From assembly GCA_051362555.1 (NCBI GenBank), contig CM120648.1, positions 12,706,587-12,770,586 of the forward strand: DNA of 64,000 nt, read 5' to 3'. The stretch is from Lingula anatina (lineage: Eukaryota > Animalia > Brachiopoda). How positions within the stretch are numbered: position 1 is the stretch's first letter; each line of letters starts with the position of its first letter. Both the position numbers and the translations under genes were made by a program. The notes under the pieces were generated by a model, which saw nothing but the letters and a program-made list of their open reading frames with translations, was not told the DNA's origin and searched no databases. Below, in pieces: positions 1-11,500 of this stretch.

Positions 1-161
1 AAACAATAAAAAGAAAATTGCCAATGACAAAGCTGCACCTGGTCGTTGTGTGAGAAACATCTTAAACGCTGTACAGGTATGTTGTTTTCATGGAGACGAA
101 GCTGGTTCCAAAAGAAACCTTAACAGTGGTAATTAAATAAAACCACAGCTGGGTAAGCATT

Positions 162-830
162 CAGAGCCCGGTTTCATCAAGGCTGGATAGGCTATCCCAT
201 GGATAACACTATCCAAGGTATAAATTTCTTATCCTCTGTATAGTTATCCTCTGTATAAATTTGTTTCACAAAGGCTGGATAAAAAGCATGATAGTAATCC
301 AGTGGATAAAGAAATTATCCAGTTCCATATTTGGAAAAAGACATTTCCATAATGCAGTTGGTTGCTATAAACATTATAAAAGCCATATGACGATTGCTAA
401 CAAAAAAGTGATCTATACTATATTTGAAAAATAAATTACCCATAATAAACATTATAAGTTTATTTCAAGATAGTACCCTCATTTAAATAATGGGAATAAT
501 ATCTACAGGATATTTTAGTGTCAGTGTCAAAAACAGACCACATTGCATTAGTTGTGCCTCATGCAATGTTTACAATTTGCAGTTGAAGGGCAATTCTATA
601 CCTGTGAAATCTCATAGGATTTACTCATAAAGGAAGGTTTGCCATTTTTGATGATTTGACAGCATGATAGGAGACTTAGCCCACCTATTTTGAGCGGACA
701 AGTTTATCCTCTGGATAACACTATCCACTGTTGATGAAACACATTGTCCTCTGGATAGCTCTATCCAGAGTGTAGCAGCCATTTTTATCCATAGGATAGT
801 GCTATTCAGCCTTGATAAAACCGGGCCCTG
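162..830. mobile_element. Non-autonomous TIR DNA transposon (MITE)
   Basis: 5' CAGAGCCCGGTTTCATCAAGGCTGGATAG matches the reverse complement of the 3' end ...CTATTCAGCCTTGATAAAACCGGGCCCTG; many subterminal GGATA/TATCC motifs; no ORF. Confidence 0.8.
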
Positions 831-1899
831 AACATTGCAATTAATGATAGATACAGTACAAGTCGCTGAGCCAAACGTGAAATATTACGAGTGTATTGTC
901 AAGCCGCAGGTTGAGTAATTTTCAGGTACAGCTCGGTGACGAGTGTTGTATCTACCATGGCCTCTGATCAGTTACTACAATGCACTCACAATATATTTCT
1001 GGAGCAGTTCAAAAGTAATTCCAAGCAAAAATTATTTTGGGACATTAGAAGAAATTATTAAAAATGACTTAAGAATGTGTCAATTTGCCTAATGGCAAGG
1101 GCTTAAGTTTTGTGCTAGATCGGTCATATAACCGCATTTGCTTACTACAACTCCTTGAGTTATGAAATAGATTAATTTAAAAAAATATCTTCAGCTGATA
1201 CATGTGCAAATTCTGTCAAGGAGAGTGCGACCCAACATATCATTAGGAGTAAATGACACCTGTTTGGCTTTTGTCGTGAACACAATACGTAACATGATCA
1301 TATTGTGTATAAAGCAAATCCAAATTAACAAGGTTTTAATTTTTTCAATTTACATCATGTATTATTATCAATTTTGTTTTTACGTGCACATGTAGGGATG
1401 GAGGGTTGTAATGAACCTTAATTTTCATATACACATGACGGAAGTTCCACACATTTATAGGATTTTGTATGCTTAATTCAAGTGTGGGCTTGAAATAGGA
1501 CATAACATTTCCGTCTAACTTAAAGGATAACGTAATCCAAAGATTCCACGCTTTGTGTCAAATTTACGTAAGGTCGTGCAAAGAAAACACAAGTCCACAT
1601 AATGACCAGTTAAATGATTTATTTGTTGATGCTCAGTAGCTACATATTCTTAGTGAAGTCTAGCTCGTAATTACTTTGCTTTGTAGTTTGCCGCTCCCAA
1701 CCTCCTTTGCTGCTTCCTTCCATGTCTCCCTCTACATCTCTCTACATGTCTCCAGGTATCGCTTATATACTTATTTCTTATGTACATATATGGTCGATAA
1801 TTGTATAAGTAATTTCTTTAACTCCGTGTCATACACAGAGACCGCCGCATTACTCAAGAGCTATTAGACTACAAGACATTATGTCATCTGACGGCGGTG

Positions 1900-3930
1900 G
1901 CTAGACTGAAATGCCAGTTTAGAATGGAGAAGTAAGACGACTCCTTCCCTCCACTAGTCTGGGGGTTCACCTTGGGCAAGTGTTAGTACCCTCATGCCTC
2001 CCTACCCTGGGTTACAGGTCTAGACATCGGCAGCAGGATGTTTAGCGGTGCAAGCAGCAGATGAGCTCCCAAGCCAATGGCGTGAACTCCAGATGGCATG
2101 CGGAGGAGCCTCAACAGATGAGGCCAACGGATGGCATTGACTAGCAAGTTAGCTGTTACTGCGGGGCAACCTCTTCTCCAGCAAGGCATGTTGTGCTATT
2201 GCGTACCGCATTGTATTAGGTGATGAGGACCAGAGAGGCAGTCTGGTGAAGGTACAACACCAACTGGATTTTATTTCTGTGCGCGGCGTTCTGTTTTGAG
2301 TGTGGGAAAGTCCTGGGGCAATGGAGTCTATGTAACGGCAGCAGGCTCAAGTAGCTGGGAGCTGCTAGAAGCTCTGCACTCAGGCGGCTCGCATCTGATG
2401 GTCGCAACTGAACTGACTCCTGAGTACCAGTACGTTGAGGCAGCAATGCGAGTGTCCAGGCAGCCCTTTTTAGGGATAGCACTGCCTGCCCTTGTAAGGG
2501 AAGCCCCTAGAAAAGGTGGTGTAAAGAAAGCATACTCAGGTCAGCAGGACTTCGCTTGATGCGGTAGAAACTCCAAATCAAAGAAGAAGAGGATAACTGT
2601 TGCAACATGGAATGTGCGTACCATGCTTGATAAAAATGATCGACTTGATCGACTTGATCTGCCCTGATTGCAAGGGAACTGCAGCTGTCCTGCATTGACA
2701 TTGCAGCCCTTCAAGAAACGCGTCTTGATGCACAGGGTTAACTCCAAGAAGCCGAATACACCTTCTTCTGGGTTGGGAAGACCACTGGACCCAGAGAAGC
2801 CGGAGTTGCTTTTGCGTTTCACAACACGATTGCCAAGAAGTTAACAACACTTCCTACTGGGATCTCACCCAGACTTATGTCCATGAGAATACCTATTGAG
2901 CGAGGACGTTATTTGTCTCTAGTGAATGTGTATGCACCCAAGATGACCTACACAGTTGATGAGAAGGAGGCCTTTTACCAAGAACTCACTGATGTAGTGC
3001 TTAAGGTCCCCAGAGAAGACAAGCTCCTTATACTAGGAGACTTCAACGCTAGAGTTGGGGCTGACTGGAAAATCTACTTGGGTGTCATTGGCAAATTTGG
3101 GAATGTGAAAAAGAACTCTAATGGGGAGCTTCTGCTAAATCTCTGTGGACAACTAGATCTCAGCATAACCACCACTTTTTTCTTCCAACCTGACAAAAAC
3201 TATTTCACCTGGAAACACCCACGCTCAGGTCACTACCGGGGTATTATCTGCTTGCTTATGTCATCATGAGAAAGTCAGATATGGTCGACGTACTATGTAC
3301 AAAAGCAAAACGCGGACCAGAATGTGCTACAGACCACTATCTTGTTAGCTGCCAACTTAGAATGAGAATCAATCTGCCATGGAGAAAAACTCCCACAAGT
3401 GCTAAACCTAGGAAACTGGACATAAATAAGCTGTCAGATGTGAAGAACCACCAAGAAGTGACCAGAGCCTTAGCTTCGTCATCTTCGTGCATTCCTCAAT
3501 ATCAAGTGGCAAGACCATATTCCTGGTGTTGAAGTACCACGACATGCTCACACAGTCAGTGCTGAAGCCCTGATAACTGTGTCACAGCACCGTTGAGCTG
3601 GACATGTCTGTCGGATGACAAATGACAGACTGCCAAAAGCTGTACTATACTCTGAACTATACCAAGGAAAAAGGAGCCATGGTGGACAGACTCTCTTCAA
3701 GGATGTTATAAAGCGCCATATGAAGAGAGCTGGCATCCCACAAGACACCTGGGAGGCAGAGGCTCTCCAGAGAGAACAATGGCATGCTCTACTTAAAAAG
3801 ACCCTGTCAGCTGTTGAAGATCAGCGCCAGCAAGAATACCAACGTGCACATGATCGTCGCCACTCACCAGCCAGACCATGCAACTTCCAATGCAACAGAT
3901 GTCAGCGCTTCTGCAAATCCCAAGCTGGAT
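1900..3930 (+). mobile_element. Decayed RTE-clade LINE with the reverse transcriptase core deleted
   Basis: APE endonuclease motifs (TVATWNVRTM near 2595, NVYAP, ILGDFNARVG, TDH) in broken frames. Near 3475 the sequence jumps to post-RT C-terminal motifs (LNIKWQDHIP, AGHVCRM..DRLPKAVLYSEL, FKDVIKR) and a C..C zinc finger (CNRCQRFC). 5' boundary approximate. Confidence 0.88.
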
Positions 3931-4900
3931 TTTCAATCTCATTTTGTTCAATATTTTCAAAATCCATCAAATATTCGTGGTCTGATTCACTGAGATCAAG
4001 TGAAGCTGGTAGGGGGGGTCAAGTTGTCATGGTTGATAGTGGCTTCATAGGGAGATGGTGTTGTTTCCACATCAGTGTCCCCCCTGGGTAGAAACTCCAG
4101 ACGACCCTTTGGGGAGAGGCTGGGCAACAAAGGTGGCTGAGATCTGCCTCTAAGGGTGCTTTCCCAGAGATTTAGATCGATCTAAAGATTAAAATTTAGA
4201 TCGACCTAACTCCCTGGGGGTTCCCGCTAAATTGCAGTCAGCTGACGGGCACCATAGTTAATTACCCCCTTACAGCTTGTAGTAGGTGGGACAGACGCTT
4301 AAGCTGGCCAAGCTGACAGTAATCTAGTGAGACTCCCCACAAGGATAGATCGATCTAAAAATCTATGGGAATGGGGTGTAAGTTCTTCATTTTTGTTTGC
4401 TCTGTCTCGTCAACAAGTAATTTGATATTCGGAAAATCATTTTCTACAAAGTCCATAAACTTGGCACCATTTGCCACAATAATTCCTTTGTTGGTGTAAA
4501 AGCTCAGCACAGTATATGTAATTTCAGTTCCATCTTCCTTTGTGGTCTGCATCTTTAGGTGAAAGCCTCCATCTGTTTTCTGGTATAATGGGTGTGAAGA
4601 CAACTCTTTGTTTTCAAACTTTCTTTGGAAATAAATTTTGGCAGTATTTTCCCCACTGTGTCAGTCTTGTAGTATGGAATCATGCATTGCAAATAATGTC
4701 CTCTTCAAATTCAATATTTTCAGAATTGCATCTAACTTGTCTGCCAAAGTATATAGATTCAGGGTTTTTGGAGCATAAGTTTATGTACCTGCAGTCTTCT
4801 TCTTGTTTCCTGGAGATTTTGGCATTTGCACTGGTGATGATGGTTAATCATAAACAAAGTCAGGGTTTTGCTTAGATTTCTCTGCACGTTTAGGACGGCT
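3931..4900 (-). pseudogene. Degenerate minus-strand ORF, possibly a LINE ORF1 remnant, interrupted by a MITE
   Basis: ORF 4355..4603 (TVLSFYTNKGIIVANG..F..FVENDF) and flanking broken frames resemble invertebrate LINE ORF1 proteins; recognition from memory only. Confidence 0.35.
4151..4381. mobile_element. Foldback MITE, family also at 44197 and 52545
   Basis: Ends TTCCCAGAGATTTAGATCGATCTA and TAGATCGATCTAAAAATCTATGGGAA are inverted; TAA at both flanks (PIF/Harbinger-like); 4240-4356 aligns to the reverse complement of 52567-52684. Confidence 0.7.
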
Positions 4901-6030
4901 GTTAAATCACTTTTTTTGCCAAAAATTTCTTTTGGAATATATAAGCTGCTTTTCTTAAGGTTAAATAGGAGTTCCTTTGCAGTTGAAGAGGTCTAGATCT
5001 AGACTTTTTGATACACTGCAACCAGCTTAAAATAATTCCTCAAAGTATGAGGGCTGCCATCTTGTTTTTCCAGAACAAAGTGAGTGAGAGATCCACACCA
5101 GTTTTAGTCACTTTTGTCACAATACAGCAAACTGCAGCTGAGAGTTTTTACATGTGGATTCCTGATATGCTTATAGTTTTTTTTTTTTTTTTTTAGTCAT
5201 GAAAGTATTTAATAAAGTTCTCTATATTGTTACCTTTTTGATGTACCGTATGTGTAGAGCTTTTCCACTGCTCAAATAGGTCAGCTTCACTTTCCTGATC
5301 TCCTGCATCATTATTAGCATTTTTTTCTCCAGGCAAAGGTTGCATAGGTATTGATTTCTCCTTTGTAGTACAGGTTTTTTTTTATGACTTCCCACCTAAT
5401 GTCGTACTGAATGTTACTTTCTTTTAATTTCCAAGTATATTTAGATAGCTCAGTTTCTACAGTATTTTTTTTCTGTCCCTTAATGACTTGGTGTGGTTAT
5501 ATATATATTACATATATATTACACAATTAAAAACTTCTGGGCCCAGTTTTATAAAGGACGTTTAGCACTAACCAGTGTTTAACTCTAACCAGACCTTAAT
5601 AGTCTGTTAGTAAACTGACCTTTAAATAATTAGAAAAGGAAAACCGTTGGTTAATTATTTTCTAACTCTAAAGAATGATTCTTAGGATTGCCATACAGCT
5701 CAGAATGTGTTCAGCTCAGCTTGATAGATTATTTTTCTTGAACTATATGCAGTTTTTGTGAAAATTTTAATTTTGTCATTCTGGCCTTTTTTTATGTATG
5801 AATTTGAACTCTCATGGGGGCTGAAGCCCTATTCTAGTTTCATATTCTTAATATCTCTGTTACCTTATGTGTATAAAACCATTATTAAAATTGACAAAAT
5901 TACCCTTTTTTCGCTTTTGTCTGGTAATTTGAAAGCTTTACTCGCTTCTTTAACCATCCTAACAGTAAATGATAAAAATTAAGTCTTAAAAGAAAAAAAA
6001 AAAGAACCATTTTCTCTTCTTCCACTCCAG

Positions 6031-6266
6031 GCCACCACCTCCCAGTCATGGACAACATCCTAGGTATTGGATTGGTCTGTATGTGTCCTTAAGTGGTGCA
6101 ACTATATGGCATGACTACACTAAGTCACCAGTAACGTACAGCAACATGTGCCCTACTTGTGTTCACACAGACATAGCTCCCTGTTTCTATTTAGATAGCA
6201 GTGTCTCCTTCCAGTGGATAAGGGATGACTGTAATCAATATCTCTTTTATATATGTGAAAAAACAG
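6031..6266 (+). CDS. Exon: C-terminal part of a C-type lectin domain
   Basis: Polypyrimidine tract+CAG acceptor, G|GT donor; translates PPPPSHGQHPRYWIGL...C...QWIRDDCNQYLFYICEKT (WIGL and W...C....ICEK hallmarks); phase 2 to 1. Confidence 0.88.
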
Positions 6267-8497
6267 GTGGGGTTCAAATTGAAATTTGATTATTATTTGT
6301 AATATATTAAAATTGTCATCCATTTTTCTTCTACCATCAGTCTGTTTTGCATGTATTTACCCTGATGTTTAGATTATTTTCCTTGGGCTACATGTAAATA
6401 TTATCATATTTTAGCTAAGGGGCAGTGTATTTTTGTAATCATTTTTACAAGTCTAGACATTTTGTAGACTGCTCGCCCCCCCCCCCCCCCCCCATCCCCC
6501 TGGCAACCACCACCACCACCGCTTCAGAGAGTTACAAGGTGAAAAGGTAAAAAAGGCTATAATCTTTGTCAACACATCTCTGCTGATGAAGATCATGATT
6601 TTAATCATTTTTCCAAATGCTTACAGAGGGAATTTCACCTCCCCCAGCCCCAACCCCCCAATGTAAGGTTGTAGACTTTTGAAAGTTGTGATTAAAATGG
6701 ATGACCCCTTAGTATTCAAATATTTCTGACTTTTGAAAGAATTTAGTTAATGAAGAGGAGTGATATTACCACTCCTACTACAGTATCAGGTGTATTCAAT
6801 GAAACTGGCTGTGTTGGCAGCAGATTGCTTTGTAATTATTTGTATATAGACATCTGTTCTATTGCTGTTTATGTGATTTTAGCTCCAACAGGCTGTGAAT
6901 TTCCCAGCACTCCTCCAAATACTCTGGAATCACTGAGCTGTAATGTGGTAGGAGACGCAATAAATTACACCTGTCAAACAGGTTACACACTGATATCTGG
7001 GGACCTGACAAGGACATGTCTAACTGATGGAAATTGGAGCGGCTCACCCCCTATCTGCGACTGTAAGAATATGGTGGAAAACTCCTCCTTTTTTCATAGC
7101 ACTTTATGTCTGCCAATATAATGTTACATGTGGAAGATTCATTATTTTGAAATAATATCCATAGTTCAAACGTCTGAGAACCATCATATTGAAGGTATGA
7201 GTAGTGAAGAATAGTTTTTGGAAATTTGATTGATCACTTTAGACCAAGTATTATACATTTCTCCATCCAGTTGGAGGAAGCTGGCTGGCCTGGGGAGCCT
7301 GGAGCAGCTGCTCTGTGACCTGTGGTACAGGAACCTCCTTTAGAAATCGTACTTGTCATGATCCAAATCTACCCAGTGAACTGGCGCTATGTGCAGGTGG
7401 CGCCACCAACTCTACCCAGTCACTGTCCTGCTTTGAACAACACTGTCCAGGTAATTATATTCCACCCAGACACTGTCCTGCTTTGAACAATACTGTCCAG
7501 GTAATTATATTCCACCCAGACACTGTCCTGCTTTGAACAATACTGTCCAGGTAATTATATTCCATCCAGACACTGCCCTGCTTTGAACAATACTGTCTAG
7601 GTAATTATATTCCATCCAGACACTGCCCTGCTTTGAACAATACTGTCCAGGTAATTATATTCCACCCAGACACTGTCCTGCTTTGAACAATACTGTCCAG
7701 GTAATTATATTCCACCTAGACACTGCCCTGCTTTGAACAATACTGTCCAAGTAATACTCCACACAGACACTGTCCTATTTTGAACAACACTGCCCATGTT
7801 TTTAGGTATGTTGACTAATATTTGTACACATATTTTATGTTTTACCTTTGATCACATAATTATAGTCTTCAGCACTTTGATATAAAAAGGATTACTTTTC
7901 TGCTTTTCCAAATCTTCTTTTAGTGCTGTTTTCATTTTAACAGACCATCAAATGGGTTCTGAAATAAAAAGGGACCTCATTAAAAATGACCATTTTGTAC
8001 AAATTGGTTTTTATTTATTTTTTTCAAATTTTTTTTTTTTTTATAATTCAATAATTTTAATTTCTTTAAAAGGATACTACATACCTGTAAATCCTGCATG
8101 AATTTGAAATCCTGTTATTATTTGAAAAACACTTTTCTGTACAAACTTGATGATAATATGTAATATACGTCTAAAAATACAATTACATCCAGCACGTTAA
8201 AACTCTCATCAGTTATTTCTCTGCAATCATTCTCTCTGTTCTGTTTGCCGTGATATTTATTTTTTTCTTGGGCTATCTAGGTATGTTGACTAATATTTGT
8301 ACACATATTTTGTTTTACCTTTGATCACATAATTATAGTCTTCAGCACTTTGATTTAAAAAGGATTACTTTTCTGCTTTTCCAAATCTTCTTTTAGTGTT
8401 GTTTTCATTTTAACAGACCACCATATGGGTTCTGAAATAAAAAGGGACCTCATTAAAAATGACCATTTTATACAAATTGGTTTTTATTTATTTTTTT

Positions 8498-8532
<35 letters not shown>

Positions 8533-11500
8533 ATAATTCAATAATTTTAATTTCTTTTAAAGGATACTACATACCTGTAAATCCTGCATGAATTTGAAAT
8601 CCTGGTATTATTTGAAAAACACTTTTCTGTACAAACTTGATGATAATATGTAATATACGTCTAAAAATACAATTACATCCAGCACCTTAAAACTCTCATC
8701 AGTTATTTCTCTGCAATCATTCTCTCTGTTCTGTTTGCCGTGATATTTATTTTTTTCTTGGGCTATCTAGCATAACTTGCAGTAAATTTTTTTTTTAATT
8801 TAGAATTCGTGTATTTTGGCTTTTAGAGCAATTTAGTTGAAACAGAGGATCAATACTACTCCTTCTTCAGTTTTAAGTACACATGTATAAGGTAAAACAT
8901 CATAGATGTGTTACCAGCCAATTGTAATATGGTGATTTGTATAGACTGACTGATCTCCTCTATTAATGTATGTAAGATTGTGATTGTTCCAGTGTGTGAA
9001 TTTTCCCCAAGCAGTCCTCCAAATACTGCTGAAGTGCTGGGTGGGAATTTGGAAGGAGACATTATAAGTTACACCTGTCAAACAGGTTACACACTGATCT
9101 CTGGAGACCTGACAAGGACATGTCTAACTGGTGGAACATGGAGCGGTTCACCGCCTGTCTGTGACTGTAAGAAAATGATTAAAAAACTAACTTCTACTTT
9201 TTTTCATGACACTTTATGTTTGCCAATATTATGTCTAATTTTCAAGATTAATTATTTTGAATTAATATCCTTAGCTGATGGATCATTTTTTTGACCAAGT
9301 ATTATACATTTCTCCATCCAGTTGGAGGGAGCTGGCTGGCCTGGGGAGCCTGGAGCAGCTGCTCTGTGACCTGTGGTACAGGAACCTACTTTAGAAATCG
9401 TACTTGTCACGATCCAAATCTGCCCAGTGAACTGGCGCTATGTGCAGGTGGAGCCACCAACTCTACCCAGACGCTGTCCTGCTTTGAACAACACTGTCCA
9501 GGTAATTGTATTCCACCCAGACACTGTCCTGCTTTGAACAACACTGTCCAGGTAATTGTATTTCACCCAGACACTGTCCTGCTTTGACCAATACTGTCCA
9601 GGTAATTATATTCCACCCAGACACTGTCCTGCTTTGACTAATACTGTCCAGGTAATACTCTACACAGACACTGTCCTGCTTTGAACAACGCTCCCCATGT
9701 ATTTAGGTATGTTGACTAATATTTGTACACATATTTTATGTTTTACCTTTGATCACATTATTATAGTCTTCAGCACTTTGATATCAAAAGGATTATTTTT
9801 CTGCATTTTTAAATCTTCTTTTTGTGTTGTTGTTATTTTAATAGACCATCATATGGGTTCTGAAATAAAAAGGGTCTTCATTAAAAATGACCATTTTGTA
9901 CAAATTGGTTTTAATTTATTTTTTTTTTCAAATTTTTTTTTTTTTTTTTTTTTTGATAATTCAACAATATTAATTTCTTTAAAAGGATACTACATACCTG
10001 TAAATCCTGCATGAATTTGAAATCCTGGTATTATTTGAAAAACACTTTTCTGTACAAACTTGATGATAATATGTAATATACGTCTAAAAATACAATTACA
10101 TCCAGCACGTTAAAACTCTCATCAGTTATTTCTCTGCAATCATTCTCTCTGTTCTGTTTGCCGTGATATTTATTTTTTTCTTGGGCTATCTAGCATAACT
10201 TGCAGTAAATTTTTTTTTTAATTTAGAATTCGTGTATTTTGGCTTTTAGAGCAATTTAGTTGAAACAGAGGATCGATACTACTCCTTCTTCAGTTTTAAG
10301 TACACATGTATAAGGTAAAACATCATAGATGTGTTACCAGCCAATTGTAATATGATGATTTGTATAGACTGACTGATCTCCTCTATTAATGTATGTAAGA
10401 TTGTGATTGTTCCAGTGTGTGAATTTTCCCCAAGCAGTCCTCCAAATACTGCTGAAGTGCTGGGTGGGAATTTGGAAGGAGACATTATAAGTTACACCTG
10501 TCAAACAGGTTACACACTGATCTCTGGAGACCTGACAAGGACATGTCTAACTGGTGGAACATGGAGCGGTTCACCGCCTGTCTGTGACTGTAAGAAAATG
10601 ATTAAAAAACTAACTTCCACTTTTTTTCATGACACTTTATGTTTGCCAATATTATGTCTAATTTTCAAGATTAATTATTTTAAATTAATATCCTTAGCTG
10701 ATGGATCATTTTTGACCAAGTATTATACATTTCTCCATCCAGTTGGAGGGAGCTGGCTGGCCTGGGGAGCCTGGAGCAGCTGCTCTGTGACCTGTGGTAC
10801 AGGAACCTACTTTAGAAATCGTACTTGTCACGATCCAAATCTGCCCAGTGAACTGGCGCTATGTGCAGGTGGAGCCACCAACTCTACCCAGACGCTGTCC
10901 TGCTTTGAACAACACTGTCCAGGTAATTGTATTCCACCCAGACACTGTCCTGCTTTGACCAATACTGTCCAGGTTATTATATTCCACCCAGACACTGTCC
11001 TGCTTTGACTAATACTGTCCAGGTAATACTCTACACAGACACTGTCCTGCTTTGAACAACGCTCCCCATGTATTTAGGTATGTTGACTAATATTTGTACA
11101 CATATTTTATGTTTTACCTTTGATCACATTATTATAGTCTTCAGCACTTTGATATAAAAAGGATTATTTTTCTGCATTTTTAAATCTTCTTTTTGTGTTG
11201 TTGTTATTTTAATAGACCATCATATGGGTTCTGAAATAAAAAGGGTCTTCATTAAAAATGACCATTTTGTACAAATTGGTTTTAATTTATTTTTTTTTCA
11301 AAAATTTTTTTTTTTTTTTTTTTTTTTTGATACTTCAATAATATAAATTTCTTTAAAAGGATACTACATACCTGTAAATCCTGCATGAATTTGAAATCCT
11401 GGTATTATTTGAAAAACACTTTTCTGTACAAACTTGATGATAATATGTAATATACGTCTAAAAATACAATTACATCCAGCACCTTAAAACTCTCATCAGT

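Noticed and set aside
1-76. Possible upstream exon ending CAG|GTATGT
   Set aside because: The only open frame ends in phase 0 while exon 6031 needs phase 2; no recognisable domain; cannot be assigned.
850-952. Imperfect hairpin of about 100 bp
   Set aside because: Probably an old tiny MITE; too degenerate to classify, with no evidence for an ncRNA.
1687-1755. Possible small exon (TTGTAG ... CAG|GTATCG)
   Set aside because: Splice-like signals are present but the translation is low-complexity and not lectin-like; unsupported without cDNA.
7451-7797. Regular short repeats resembling a CRISPR array
   Set aside because: Head-to-tail units with no unique spacers, no cas genes, eukaryotic intron context.
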